From NCBI GenBank assembly GCA_013239625.1, contig MU056029.1, positions 868,001-932,000 of the forward strand: 64,000 bases of DNA, given 5' to 3'. Positions 13,910 through 27,095 of this stretch are shown piece after piece. The notes under the pieces are model-generated. The model saw nothing but the letters and a program-made list of their open reading frames with translations. It did not search any database and was not told the DNA's origin. The first letter of the stretch is position 1, and each line of letters opens with the position of its first letter. The position numbers and the translations under genes were made by a program. Origin of the DNA: Lama guanicoe (taxonomy: Eukaryota).

Positions 13910-14409
13910 AAAGAAATGAAAAGAAAGAGAAAAGAAAAAAAAATCTTCATGGAAGCCAGAAGGAGAAAAGTCAGCCTACCCCTAGAAAAGTGAGAATAAG
14001 AGTTACAAGAAAAGAGTGAGTGAAATAACTAAAATGTTGGGGGGGGGGAACCCACTTAGAATTCTGTATTCAGATAAATTATTCTTCTCTGAATGAGGAT
14101 GGAGAAATAAAGACTTTTCCAGACAAACAAAAACTGAGGTAATTTATCACCTGCAGACATGCCCTGCAAAAAATGTTAAAAATTTCTTCAAGCAGAAGAA
14201 AAGGTATATAGGTCAGAAATTTGGGTCTGTATCAACAGCAAGAGCACTGAAACTGAAATAAATGAAATAGTTTAATTTTCTTATTCCTTAAATGATCTAA
14301 AAGATAACCCTAAATAAATCATAGTTACAACGTGATTATAGCATATGGATATGTGAAATGAATTAGAAAAAGGTCATAAAAGAATTTGGATTTGCCTGAT
14401 TTTTTTTTT

Positions 14410-16642
14410 TCACATTTAACGTGAGGTTAGGAGCCTTTTGGAAGAATGCCACCAGTAAGGTGCCCTTCTCAATGCACCACATGGGTGAGTACCTGTTATC
14501 CACCTCACATCACTGATGATGTCAAACTTGATCACTAGGGTAAGGTGTTTTCTGGTAGGTTCCTCCCTGGTAAGTTTCTGTGTTTCTTTTTTCTTTTCCT
14601 TTTTTTTTTTTTTGTCTATTCTTTGGAAGCAAGACACTGGTAGGACACAGTCAATGGAAGCAGAATGAATTTCATCTTTTGGAGAAGGGAGTATCTACAT
14701 ATATTATTTGGAATTCTTTTGTAAGGAAAATGTATCTCTTGGTAGCTGGTTTTTATTTGTTTCATTTCTTTTAGTTTCTTTGTTTCTCTTTTACTGCCTT
14801 CTCTGAGTTTATTTGGATAATTTTTATGATTCCTTTCTAACTCCTCTATTAAGCTATTTATGTTTCTTATTTAATAGCTTTTAGTAATTGCCCAAAGGTC
14901 TGAAATATCCATTTTTAAAGACTCTGTTAAATTATTAAATTTATCCATTTATTATTAAATTAAATCTATTCAATGTATTACACCGTCTCATAACATTGTA
15001 ATGCACTGTTTGTAAAGACCTTTTATAATAGTGCCTCTCCAGTTCTGTGTTCTCATCACTTGTTTTGTGGTCATACATTTCAATTTTATGCATGTATTAA
15101 ACACAAGATGTGTGTAATTTAAAGCATGTAAAGTTAATGCTTTAAGTGCCTGTTATATACTAGGACAAATTAAAATTAGAAAAATATTTTATCTCACCTT
15201 TATTGGTTTCATTTCTGATGCTCTATTTCTTTGGGTGGATCCAGATTTCTAACCTATACCTTGTACATTCTACCTGAAGAACTCCCTTTTTCTTGCAGAG
15301 TAGGTCTGGTTACAAGGAATTCTCTTGGTTTTTGTTTGTCTAATAATACTTTATTTCTGCATATATTTTAAAATTCTTATTGAGATGTAATTCACATACA
15401 AAGTTCACCCATTGAAATTGTACCATAGTTTTTAGTATATATAGTGTTTTGAAACCATCTCCATAGTCTAATTTTTAAGCATTTTCATTCTCTCTGAAAG
15501 AAACATTGTACTTCCTAAATGTTCCTCCCATCTTCCCTGCCTTTAGCTCTCTCCACTAGCTCCAGGCAACCCCAAATCCTCCTCTGTCTCTGTGGATTGC
15601 TTGTTCTAGCTATTTTACATAAATGGGATCATAAAATATGTGGTATCGTTTGATCAGCTCATCTCATTTAGCATTATATTTTGAGAGTTTATCCAATTTG
15701 CAGCCGATATCAGTACTTCATTCCTTTTTCTTGCCAAATAATATTCCACCATGAATATACCAATAATGAATTTAGACCTCTATTTACAAAGTATAGAAAA
15801 ATTAACACAATGTGGACCATCCACCTAAATGTTAGAGCTTATCCACTCATCAATTGATGGACATTTGATTTATTTCCATTTTTGGCTATTGTAATTAATG
15901 TTGCCATAAATCTTAAAGTTTAGGTTTTTGTGTTGATGTTTGCTTTCATTTCTCTTGGATAGATATTTAGGATAGGAATTTCCAGTTCATATAGTAATGT
16001 TTTTAGGATTTTTGAAGAACCACAAAACTGTTTTCCAAAAATGGCTGGACCATTTTACATTCCCATCATTAGCATATAAATGTTTCAATTTCTCTCAATC
16101 CTCCCTAGCACTTGCTTTGTCTGTCTTTTTTATTTGAGCCATCCTAGTGGGTTTGGAGTGCTATGTCATTATGGCTTTGATCTACACTTCCCTAAGTAGC
16201 AATGATATTGAGCATATTTCTGTGCTTATTACCCATTCATATATGTTTTTGGAGGAATGTCCATTCAAATCCTTTCCCCATTTTTCATTTGGGTTTTTAT
16301 CTTTCCTTTATTGAGTTGTAAGCCTTTGTCATATGTTCTGATAAAGCCTGACCACAGGTGTATGGCTGACACATGCTGTCTCCCAGTCTGTGGGTTTTCT
16401 TTTCTCTTTCCTGATGATGTCCTTTAAAACACAACTGCTTTTCATTTTGTAGACGTCCAACTTACCCAAATTCTTTACCATTTATGTTTTGAGGGTTGTA
16501 GCTAAGAAATCATCATGTAAACCAAGATCACACAAGCTCCTGTGTGTTTCTCAAAATTTTAAAGTTTAGCTCTTATGTTTAGGTGGATGATCCGCTTGTC
16601 TGTTAATTTTTCTATATGATGTGAGGTAGGGGTCCAGATTCA
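14410..16642 (-). mobile_element. Old L1 fragments (L1MC/L1MB-like), antisense
   Basis: L1MB-like 3' end near 15375 (attgagatgtaattcacatac) running into the ORF2 C-terminal region (ccattttacattcccatca, gccatcctagtggg). Confidence 0.75.
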
Positions 16643-17159
16643 GGATATACCACCCCCAAAATAGGTTGCTTTGGTATATTGGTTATTTTGAGCTGTAGGC
16701 ACTTGAAAAACAGCAAATACAGGGAGAGACTTTCTCTGAACTCCCATTATCTGCCTAAAGATCGATCTTCTGATGGAACTGGATTGTCATAGACCCCCCA
16801 GCTCCTGGAGTTTCATCAACCAAGAAAGACTGATTCATCACAGGAGAGAAGACCAGAAGTCTTTGTCACAAACTATCACACCTCCCATCTGTTCTTTTAA
16901 GGGCCTGTTTGTCTTTCCCCAAATCATTTACTATCCCCTAAGTGGTCTGTATCTCTTCTCCCCTTCCCCTATATAATCTCTCAAATCTCAACACCTTTTG
17001 GGATATTTGCTTTTGTTTCCTCTGATGCCCCCAAGCATATAATATCAAAAATGAATATATGTGTATACTTTTCTCCTTTTAATCTGCCTATTGGCAATTT
17101 GCTTTGTAGACCCAGCCATCAAACCCAGAAAAGTTGGTGAAAGTCTCTCTTCCCCTCTG
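16643..17159 (+). mobile_element. MER34-like LTR
   Basis: caggatataccacccccaaaatagg...ttattttgagctg...gaaaaacagcaaatacagg, MER34-like 5' motif. Confidence 0.7.
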
Positions 17160-17739
17160 TGGTAAGCAGGTGCTGTGCCTCTGCACTAACAGACACAATG
17201 GGCAGCCGATGGAGGAAGAGGGCTATGTGCTGAGGGGAGAGGGGCAGGGGGCCAGGGACATCCCAGTGGAGACCTGAAGGCACTGAGGGAAGAAGCTGTG
17301 TGGGTATCAGAGGGGACCTGGGGTCAGTGGGGCCATGTGCTGCCCAAGAGGATACAGACTTCTGGATGTGGCACAATGGATGTCATTGTTGGCCTTGACA
17401 AGACCAGTTTTGGTGGGTTGGTGAGGACTAAACTTGCCTGGCAGAGGTTTGAGAGTACAGGAGGAGAGGAAGTCAAGGTTTTGGAAGAATGCCCCTTCTG
17501 GAGCTGTGTTTAGCATCCTGAAGAGTCTGGCCAGAGCTGTGTCAGAGCTCAGCAGAAGCAGAGAGAAGTTCAGTGCAAGGAATCAAGGAGCCTGAGGTTA
17601 TGAGAGAGGGCCAAGGCCTGGGAGGCCCTGCCTTGTGGCAGGTGAAGACTAGCACCCACTCAGCTGCTCCTCTCTGTGTGTCTGCAGGGGCCACAGACAC
17701 TCCAACCACGGCCCCTCCTCACTGGCACAGCTGGTGCTT

Positions 17740-18281
17740 TGCAGAGGAGCAAAAAGTTTTCCTCAATTCCTTTAAGGTCCCTGGCTGGGTCCAAAAATTA
17801 AACTGACAAAGACAGATTAACAGGAGAAAAGCATACACATTTTACTGAATTTTTACATGTACATGAGAACCTTCACCAGAGAGTGAAGATCCCAGAGAAG
17901 TGACCAGAGCAGGCAGCTTTTATACATTTTAGACAAAGAAACAGCACATTTGTGAAGAACTGACAGGGCAAAGGGGCTCGAGTCTGGGGAATAAACAGTG
18001 AAGAAGTAACGAGGAAGATGAGGGTGAGTATATAAGATTTGTGTGTACAGATTTCTTGGGCCCAAACTCCCCATCTCTGGTGGCAAGAATGCCTTCCCTC
18101 CTCCTGATGCAGGAGGGCGTCCTCCACAGAGGGTTTTATGACTTGTTTCAGGGAGGAAAGGTGAGATGCAGGGAGGTCAGAGTGACCTTCTCACATCTGC
18201 CATTTTCCCCAGTTCCTTCAGTTTGGGACATTCAACATGCCAAAGTGACGGATTTGGGGGTAGCGTGTCCTGAACCCATCA
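17740..18281 (-). mobile_element. MER34/MER39-like solo LTR
   Basis: Minus strand starts TGATGGGTTCAGGACACGCTACCCCCAAA; flanks GCTT/CCTT (3 of 4 match). Confidence 0.75.
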
Positions 18282-18344
18282 CCTTCTCTTCCTGAATACT
18301 TCTTCATATGTTGCATCTGGAAGAAATTATGTATCTCCCCTGTA

Positions 18345-18466
18345 ACATCTGATATAATTGTTCCCCTTGGGTCCCCGCAGACTTGTTCCATTGTCACTCA
18401 CATGCACGTCTGATATAATTGTCCCCTTTGGGTCCCTGCAGACTTGTTCCATTGTCACTCACATGC
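18345..18466. repeat. Two-copy 61-bp tandem duplication
   Basis: ac(a/g)tctgatataattg...cattgtcactcacatgc twice, about 4 differences. Confidence 0.95.
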
Positions 18467-19212
18467 CATTGCATCGTATTTATATACATATTCCTCCATC
18501 AACCCTGTATATTCTGAGATGGCAGAGATCACACCGAACTAATTTATGCAGTTTCTAGCGTCACGTCTGGCATAGCAGTAGACACTCATTGGTTACTCAG
18601 TAATGAATATGATAAATGATGTGGCTGTTTAGAGGCCTTCCTTTATTTTCTGTGTCCCCTTACAAAAAAAAAAAAAGTGCTCATCTGAAGTTACCTGGAA
18701 ATATCTCTGATCCTCACAATCCATAGCAGTTTATCATGAGGGTCAAGAGCAGAGGTCTTCATTGCAAGCAGAGGTCTCCTTCTCATAAGGAAGCACAAGT
18801 CTCTGTCCCAGCCCAGAAGGAGGTGGACGCTACTGCCTGTTGCTCAGTACTCATTCTTCCATCCTAAGTCAGAAACAAAGGCGGGGCTTAGCTGGAACAC
18901 TGTTCCTCTGGAAAGAGCCTCCCTTTCCCAGGCAGACTTGAAGCTGGCCACGTGTCTAGGTTTATGTGAGTGGAAATCTTACCTTTTTCCAGGAAGTCTC
19001 CCTGAAGAGAGGCTGGATTCCCTTCTCTGTTTCTTTCTCTGTCATGATGCTGAAGTCCTCCAGCTAACTTGTAATGTGAGATGGAGAACCACAGATAAGG
19101 ATGGACAGATATGAGCGCTGGGGGAAACAAGGATTCCTGGTTACTTTACTGCCCACCCTTAAATTTCTTTAAAATGAGAAAAATAATGTAAGTCCACCTT
19201 CTATCAACCCAG

Positions 19213-19600
19213 TGTTAAAAACAAGACAACAAAGCCAAAATAGAGCTGCTTATACCAATTCCTGTGTCACCAAACGGAGACAACTGAATTACCTTGTCTG
19301 CTCTCCCAGAAAGGAAACCTTAAGCCAGCCAATCAGGAATCACCTAATCAGTACTAGTGAGGTTATCTGCTTGATGGACCTCTGCCAACCCCTAAAGGAG
19401 CGTAATCATACGATAGCCCACCCGATGTTTTGCCAAGTGTAACTTCCTTGCTTCTGGCCCCTTCTGCCTATAAAAGTCTTCGTTTTGTACCTCCCCTCAG
19501 AGCTCTTGTCTGCTAAATTGGATACTGCTTCATTCATGAATCATTGAATAGAGCCCATAAGATCTTTACAATGTACTCAGTTGAATTTTGTTTTTTAATA
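19213..19600 (+). mobile_element. ERV1-type solo LTR
   Basis: TGTTAAAAAC start, CCAAT box, TATAAAA at ~19470, inverted-terminal end ttttttaata. Confidence 0.7.
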
Positions 19601-19993
19601 AGGCAAATTACGAAAAGTCCACAAACTTATTTAGTATGAGTCATGTGGCTCAGGGGAGTCTTCGTAAGGAAATGGAGACCTAAAGAAACAGTTAAGCCTG
19701 AGTGTTTTTGCGCTAGGTTTGATGAAGAGTGAAAATTTGTGGAAAGATCTAATAAGACAAAAGGATATGAACTAAGGGTAGTGTCTTGGGGGAAACTTAG
19801 CAAGCCCTGTTCCTTTGGATTCTTCTTGGTGTCCCTGTCTTAGAGATAAGGATGCTTCTTTCCTCCAGGTACAGGGAAATTTTATGACCTGCTGCAGGGA
19901 TGACAGGTAGGGGAAATTCTCAAACTCAGTTGACTTAAAATATTCAAATTGCCAAGCGCCATATTGTGGAGTAGTGAGTCCTGAATCCCATTA
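19601..19993 (-). mobile_element. MER34/39-like LTR fragment
   Basis: Similar to 17740-18281 (ttttatgacc, tattcaaattgccaag...tcctgaatcccatta). Confidence 0.6.
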
Positions 19994-20730
19994 ATATGCT
20001 TTTTTTTTAATGTATTTGTTTACTAGGACTGTGTGAGTCAAAGGCAGTATTTCTGTCCAATTACCACAGGAGTTTTCAGAGTGAATTTGGGTTCACACGG
20101 AGATGTCCCCACTGAACCAAAGAAGGCAAAATTGAAAGTAGTTTTACAAACACAATATATAACACACATTTCTCATTGTGTAATAACCACTGTATCTCAG
20201 TTTAAAGATCTAAAACTAATTTTTAAAATTATTTTGAAGGTACAGAGAGGAGAAATCAGTTGGAATCAGGAGTTGGAAGCAGACTGCAAACATTTGTTTT
20301 CTTATGGAAATGATGTGGCACAGGCTGGGCTGCGGCCATTTGCACTTCAACCAGAAGTTCTGTGACAGCCAGAGCCAGAACTGTTGGAAGCCTCCTTAAA
20401 CACATTGAACCCTATAGGCAGATATTCAAGAAGCTATGGACCTACAACTGTGGGCTTTTAAAGGAGAAGGGCTGCTCATTATCTGTACTGTGGTCTTGTT
20501 CCACATTCCAAGCTTATGGAGTTTGTCCTGAGACCACGGAAAGTGACCACTCTTCTTCTGCCTCCTAAATCCTGCAAGACCCAGGCCATATCCCCTGTGC
20601 CCTTGAAGGCTGTCATCACCATTTCAAGCGGATGCTATCTCAAATTCTCATACCTTATTCTCATTATTTAAGCAGATTATACCTGAAGGCACTTCTAGGA
20701 TCCTTACATCAAACAGTTGTTTGACCTTGG

Positions 20731-21212
20731 TGAGATAGGAGGGAAGGGGGCAGGGCACAACCAGGAAAAGAATAACACAGCAATTGAGGATACAACATAA
20801 ACCGGTTAGAACCAGCTTGGCCCAGGATGGCTGAAGATTTGACTTCCAGTGGACCTTGAGCCTCATTACACAGTCATCGTAATACATCAGCATGACAAAC
20901 GACAGACCCACAGGTGCCATGACAGTTCCCAGCCTAACCAGAAAAAGCCAAAAAGTGGACATAGGGCCAAATACCTGGAATTCCCCTTCCCCAAAACTGT
21001 TGGAATAATCCTCCCACTCATTAGCATATAAAATTACCCAGCCTATGAGAACTAGCAACATGCACACCTCAGGGCCACCTCTCACCTTTTGAGACTGCCC
21101 TCACTCTGTCCATGGAGTATGTATCTCCCTGAATAAATCTACTTTCTCTTTACCATGGCTCACTCTTGAATTCCTTCCTGTGCAAGACAAGAACCTATAT
21201 CCTCTGATAACA
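20731..21212 (+). mobile_element. MER41-like solo LTR
   Basis: TGAGATAGGAGG start, cccacaggtgccatgacagtt core, AATAAA, ends TAACA; paralogous to 45466-46120. Confidence 0.75.
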
Positions 21213-21439
21213 TACGGACATCAGATTGTAAATCCCATATCCCTGATGGGACTTAACACAACTGATTTTATATATTTGTTGTTCAATAGATATTTATACC
21301 TAGGTGCTATAATAAATATTGCTCTAAATAGTCCCCTTTCTCATAAAGCACGTAAATATTAGATAACGACTCTTGAATATTTATACTGCCATTTTATTAC
21401 GCTGGAAAAGCATCCCGTTGGATCCTGGGGCCACAGAAC

Positions 21440-21650
21440 TCAGACTAGTCTAGACTTTGAGATCCAACACATAGTTTTGAATTCAAATTCAGACATTTAA
21501 TATGTGACCTTGGGCAGTTCATTTAATCACCCTGAGTGTCAATGTCCTCACATGTTAAGATGAATAATAACGCCCACAATCACCAAGTCAATGTAAACAC
21601 GGATGAGATCATGTACAAAATACAGCAGACCCTCAACAAGTGTCAGTTTT
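21440..21650 (+). mobile_element. MIR SINE
   Basis: Core tgtgaccttgggcagttcatttaatcaccctgagtgtcaatgtcctcacatgtt. Confidence 0.7.
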
Positions 21651-21768
21651 ACTTTTTCCTTCTATAGGAGACACAGAAGGGAGATTTTTAAATGTCAACT
21701 CAGTATTTAAAGTAAGAATTATTTTTGAGAGTTAAACTGTTGAGCTAACATACAATAAACCAAAGCAG

Positions 21769-22963
21769 TGTTACCCAAAAACAAGGTTCACCTTTTGGTG
21801 GGTGTTGAATCAGGAGACACAACCAAGACAAAGAGCAGGAGAAGGGAGGATTTATTACTTGCAGCAAATAAGGAGGAAACCGGGAATCCTACCCAGAGCA
21901 GCATCTTCCCAATAACAAATTTGGGGAAGTTTTAAGCTAAGGGTACATGCATACTCACGAAGGGGCTTCAGCAGAGGAGAATTCAGCATAGAATTGGTGC
22001 AAAGGCCAACAGAGTCCAAGCTTTAGTTGATTGGAGTCAGGAGGGTCAATGTCATCATTCGAAGGAGTCATAATGACTTCCCTGAGGCTAAGGCAGCTCG
22101 AAGAATATACTATCATTGATTAGCTTGTTTTCTTAAAATTCTTTCTGACTAACCTGTTTTCCCTTCTGCTACTACTGCTGTTTGATTGGTCTGACTGATT
22201 ACGTGCATGGCAACCCCAACCCTGTGGTTTATGCCTCACCCTAAATAATTTGCACCTAAAACCAGAAGCTATGCTCCAGGAAGAAGGTCACAGAATGATA
22301 AACTTAGGAAAATGATCAGATCTTCCAGAAGCCCCCAGGATGCCAGATGGATTAGATCAAGATAGGAGAGGTCAAGGGCAGATGGCCCCTTGGTGGACCA
22401 CCTGAAGTTCTCTTGATGCCTGCTGATCTCTTGTAAAAGAAGTTTGTTGACTGATACCACTGCTGCACCCTGTCCCGTTTACCTATGTAATCACCGAGTC
22501 TCAATCAAACACGGATTCATAGTTTCTAAGGCACCAGCTGCTATGACTACCCTTTGTCCAGCAAAGCAATGCAGCTGCTTTTTTCTTTGCTCCTAAACTT
22601 TGCCTCCAAGTTTGAATTCATTTTTCAGTGTGCAGAGGCTGATTTTTTGGTAACACATTCTGTCCTCCACCTAGGTGGGGGCCTTGGCGCCTGCAGAACT
22701 CAAGGATATATTTTGATGTGTATCATTCGAGGAGGAGCTAGGACTCTGCTTCATCCCTGCACTATTGTTTGACAGCCCTCCCTTTTTTTTTCTGTTCCAG
22801 CATTTCTTTGATCATTAATTACTGAGACCTGCTCAAAGGCAAGTATGGCAGCCAGGCTTAGATCACAAAATGACTTAGGCCAAAGTGGTTTCTCTTACGT
22901 CGAGAAAAGAGGAGCCTAGTCTGAATCTTTTCTTCCGGGGATCCCCTACCCTATCTGCCTACA
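21769..22963 (-). mobile_element. ERV1 solo LTR (outer, interrupted)
   Basis: TGTTACCC...CCTACA termini, flanks GCAG/TCAG; split by the LTR at 22060-22655. Confidence 0.75.
22060..22655 (+). mobile_element. Nested ERV1 solo LTR with TSD CATT
   Basis: CATT at 22056-22059 and 22656-22659; ends GGTAACA. Confidence 0.8.
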
Positions 22964-23217
22964 TCAGGGATACCTAAATTCACAAAGTGCGTGATTGAAT
23001 AAAAATCCTTTACACAAGGCTGCCCAGGCTGGTCCAACGCTCTCATCTATATGGTAGATACTGTGGAAGATGAGATGCAGCAGGTTTTTATCCATTCTTT
23101 GGGACACGGCCCTCCTCATGCCCCACACCCGTTTTCCTGCATCACAATTATACAATACAATATGATTAGCTATGGTCTTCATGCTATATATTAGAGCCTC
23201 AGAAGTACTTAGTCATC

Positions 23218-23706
23218 TTTTTTTTTCTTTCCATTTTATTGAGATATAATTGACAAACAGCACAGTATAAGCTTAAGGGGTCCAGCATAATGGCTTGTGA
23301 AACGTATTGTGACGTGGCTACCACCTAAGTTTAGTTAACATCCATCATCTCATATAGACGCAAAAAAGAAAAACGTGTTTCCTTGTAATGAGAACTTTTA
23401 GGATCTGCTCTCTTATCAACTTTCAAATACACCACACAGCAGCGCTAGCCACAGTCATCATGGTATACATTACACCCCAGTATTATTTGTCTTATAACTA
23501 GAAGGTCGTATTTTTTGACCACCTTCCTCCGATCAATCCCCCCAGCCCTGCCTCTGGTAACCACAAATCTAATCTCTTTTTCTATGAGTTTACTTCTTTC
23601 TTTCTTTGGATTTCACATCTAAGTGAGCTCACACAGTATTTGTCTTTCTCTATCGAATTTATTTCAATTAGCATAATGCCCTCAGGGTCCAACCATGCAG
23701 TTGCAA
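23218..23706 (-). mobile_element. L1MA9-like 3' end
   Basis: ttttattgagatataattgac...ctctggtaaccacaaatct...cacagtatttgtctttctct. Confidence 0.85.
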
Positions 23707-25198
23707 GGATTCATCTATTCTAAAGCAATTACTCACTGAGGGGTTGGAAGCATGTGCTAAGCGTTTATATATGTATGTGGTTTCATCTCCTGACCTTACC
23801 AGACTTTGATATATTAGCCCATCTTCTCATCTGTTGTACCTAAGATCCTAAAAATTCCTGATGTTACCCTTTCTTCTGCTTTTGAATCTGACTGCCAGCT
23901 GTACCTGAAGCAAGCCTGCGGGTGAAATGAGATAAGCAGAGCCCTCATGCCTGCTCTTTGTAGCGACACACAGTGTGTGTCAAATGCAGAAACGGGACAG
24001 TCAGCGCTGGAGTTCTGCAGAGGAGACACGCGCTGGTGCGCGCTCAGCTTTATTCAGGAGAGCACAGGTCATTCCCAAAGATGGGACACAAATCCCTTCC
24101 TTCCCATGGGGTGGCTTTTGTGCATTTTAAATATGGGAAACAGAGAAATGAGAGCTGTCTTTACAAGGAGATATTGAGCTCAGTGTCTTTTGGATTCACG
24201 CGGGCTGTCAGAGTTGCTAGAGAAGGCTGGATAAAAGCATGCTCACTGAGGGCAGACAGCAAGGGGGTCCTGCCTGTGCAGAGGGTGCCAGAGTGCCAGC
24301 AGAGGGTGGTCCCCAAGGAGATAGGACAGGGGTGCTGGGGTCCTCCACTCCTCAGCGGCCAACAGGAGTGTGCACATGGAGCCTCCCAACGGGGACAGCC
24401 TCTGCGCCGCAGGGTCGGGGAGGCCCCGGGAGGCTCCACGGATCTAAATGCATCTGTGTGAAATAACTCAGCAGTCCTTTGGGGTTTATAAGCTTCTGAA
24501 GCTCCAGTAGTCTTTCAAAACTGTTGAACGCTAGGAGTGTCTAAAATCTTCTGTGCAAATGAGGAGTTTGGAGAAGCTCTCTAAGGCCCTTGCCAGCTCT
24601 AATTTTTTTTTTTTCAGTTTTAGTCAAAGGGCCAATACTGACTCTCCTGGACTGCCCGCCCCAGACTCTTGGTATTTGGCTCTTCAGAAACGAGTGGGCG
24701 GTCTCAGCACCAGGTTGCCCAGCTCTGTGCATGGGTTGGGGGCTGGCATGCAGCCAGGCAATGTCACTGGGCCAGCAGGGAGCTGTCGCAGCCACCCACG
24801 CCACAGTCAGGGGCAGCGCATCGTTTCAGTTCCGGAGAGAGTACTTTTACTCTCTGACAATTTCAGTGACTAGGGTGGGAGCCCCTGATTTGGGTTTTTG
24901 CACTGCTTGTCCCCAGTGCCCAAGGCCTAGAGCTGGGAGGTGCTCAACAATTGTTTGTAGAAGAAATGAACACGTGAGCACATGGGCCAATGGGTAACAA
25001 GAGTGGAGGCAGAAGCCTCCGAAGGAGGCTGGCGAGGAAGGTGGGTTCTTCCCACTGCCTCTGCCCGAGGTTATTCTAACAAAGACAGCAGCCCACCCTC
25101 ATGTCCTTATCTGCACTAGAATGCACCTGCTGGTTCACTTCCTTAGCAAAGCTGGGAAGTCATTCTTTCCAATGCTTTTTCAATGACTAAAACAAACA

Positions 25199-26134
25199 TT
25201 TCTCCAATGAAGACGTACAAATGGCCAATAGGCACATGAAAAAAAATGTTCAGTATTGCTAATTATCAGAGAAATGCAGATCAAAACTACCATGAAATAT
25301 CACCTCACACCAGTCAGAATGGCCATCATTCAAAAGTCCACAAATGACAAATGCTGGAGAGGCTGTGGAGAAAAGGGAGCCCTCCTACACTGCTGGTGGG
25401 AATGCAGTTTGGTGCAGCCACTATGGAAATCAGTATGGAGAGTCCTCAAAAAACTAAACATAGATTTACCTCATGATCCAACGATCTCACTCTTGGGCAT
25501 ATATCCAGAGGGAACTTTAATTCAAAAAGACATATGCACCCCAATGTTCATAGCAACACAATTTACAATAGCCAAGACATGAAAGCAGCCTAAATGTCCA
25601 TTGACAGGTGACTGCATAAAGAAGTTGTGGAGGAGATATATACATATCTCCAATAGAACGCTACTCAGCCATAAAAAAGAATAAAATAATGTCATTTGCA
25701 GCAACTTGGATGGACCTGGAGATTCTCATTCTAAGTGAAGTAAGCCAGAACGAGAAAGAGGAATACTATATAAGATCACTTATAGGTGGAATCTGAAAAA
25801 ACAAAACAAAAAAAGGCATGAATCAAGTTATTTACAAAACAGAGACAGACTCACAGACGTAGAAAACAAACTTACGGTTACTGGGGGGAAAGGTAGTTGG
25901 GAGGGATGAATTGGGAGTTCAGGATTTGCAGATACTAACTACTATATATAAAATAGATAAACAGCAAAGTCCAACTGTACAGCACAGGAAATGATATTCA
26001 ATACCTTGTAATGGCTTATAATGAAAAAGAATATGAAAACAAATATGTGTGTATGTGTATAGGGCTGAATCACTACGCTGTACACCAGAAATTAACACAA
26101 CATTGTAAATCAGCTTTACTTCAATTAAAAAAAT
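25199..26134 (+). mobile_element. Lineage-specific 5'-truncated L1 (ORF2 C-terminus plus 3' UTR)
   Basis: ORF 25256-25582 has [20 protein letters not shown]...[18 protein letters not shown] (CCHC knuckle). Probable TSD actaaaacaaaca/actaaagcaaaca. Confidence 0.93.
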
Positions 26135-26964
26135 ACTAAAGCAAACACATGAAACCCCAAAGAGCACTCACAGAAGACCAAGTGCCCTTTTCCTACCATC
26201 TGTACCACTAATTTCCTTGTTTGATCACATCTACATCTTTCTCTGTAAGGATGGAGATTGCTCTAATGAGTGCTTTAGAAAACCCTTGCTGATGGTGTCC
26301 TGAGCGGAAGTTGTTCATTCTGAGAATGTCAGCTTTTTTTTTAAACACTGATGATCGCATCAATCAGTCTATGGCATCGTCTTCATAACGACGCATGCAG
26401 CACATCCCTCTGTTGATGAAAGGGTCCCGTAAATGAAGCACCATGAAAATGTATCACTGAGAAGCCTCATTACCAAAATAGACATCTGATACTAAGAGAT
26501 GTCTGGTTTCCATAGCATCTTGTTCTAATGAAAATAAAGTTCTATTAACTTAAACGTAGAACATGGCCTGTACTTTATATCTCATTTAGTGAAACATTTC
26601 TGCTTTTGCCAAGAACTTTGAAATGATTACTTTCTTGAACAACTCACAAGAGAATTTAAGTTTCTCATCTTTTTGAAGAGCTATGGCTTTCATTAAACCA
26701 AACTGAAAGAATTAATAACTACACTGGTAGAGCAGCGATCCATCTAAATAGAACAAAATGATTGGAACTGTCCATTGAAAAAGTGTCATGGCTACAACTA
26801 ACGTTGTACAGCTACATTAGTGAGGATTAAAGGATAAGGATAAGAGATTCTAAATTAATATGTTATTTAAAATTTTATAGTTATAAGTTCCTTTCCCATG
26901 CACACAACAACAAAGACTCTGCCATAAAAGTCTTGCCAGTGGAAATGTCTAAATGGAGAGGCAA

Positions 26965-27095
26965 AATTTTAATTATATTATTTTACTATATTATTATATT
27001 TTGTATTATTACATTATATTAATTATTATGTTATATTAGTATCATTTATTATATTATTATTTATTATATTTATTATATTATTATACATATATTAA
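26965..27095. repeat. AT-rich low-complexity (TATTA-like) tract
   Basis: Nearly pure A/T repeats. Confidence 0.9.

Larger units (their letters stand above)
13005..14380 (+). mobile_element. Old L1M ORF1-region fragment with nested insertions
   Basis: A-rich ORF1-like tracts (aatgcctttgatgggctcatt; aaataaagacttttccagacaaacaaaaactgag). Confidence 0.7.

Noticed and set aside
13691..13993. Lysine-rich ORF
   Set aside because: A poly(A) tract inside an L1 relic.
23973..24997. Several overlapping 75-160 aa ORFs in GC-rich DNA (also at 27.3-28.7 kb)
   Set aside because: Expected from stop-codon depletion in GC-rich sequence; no homology recognised.
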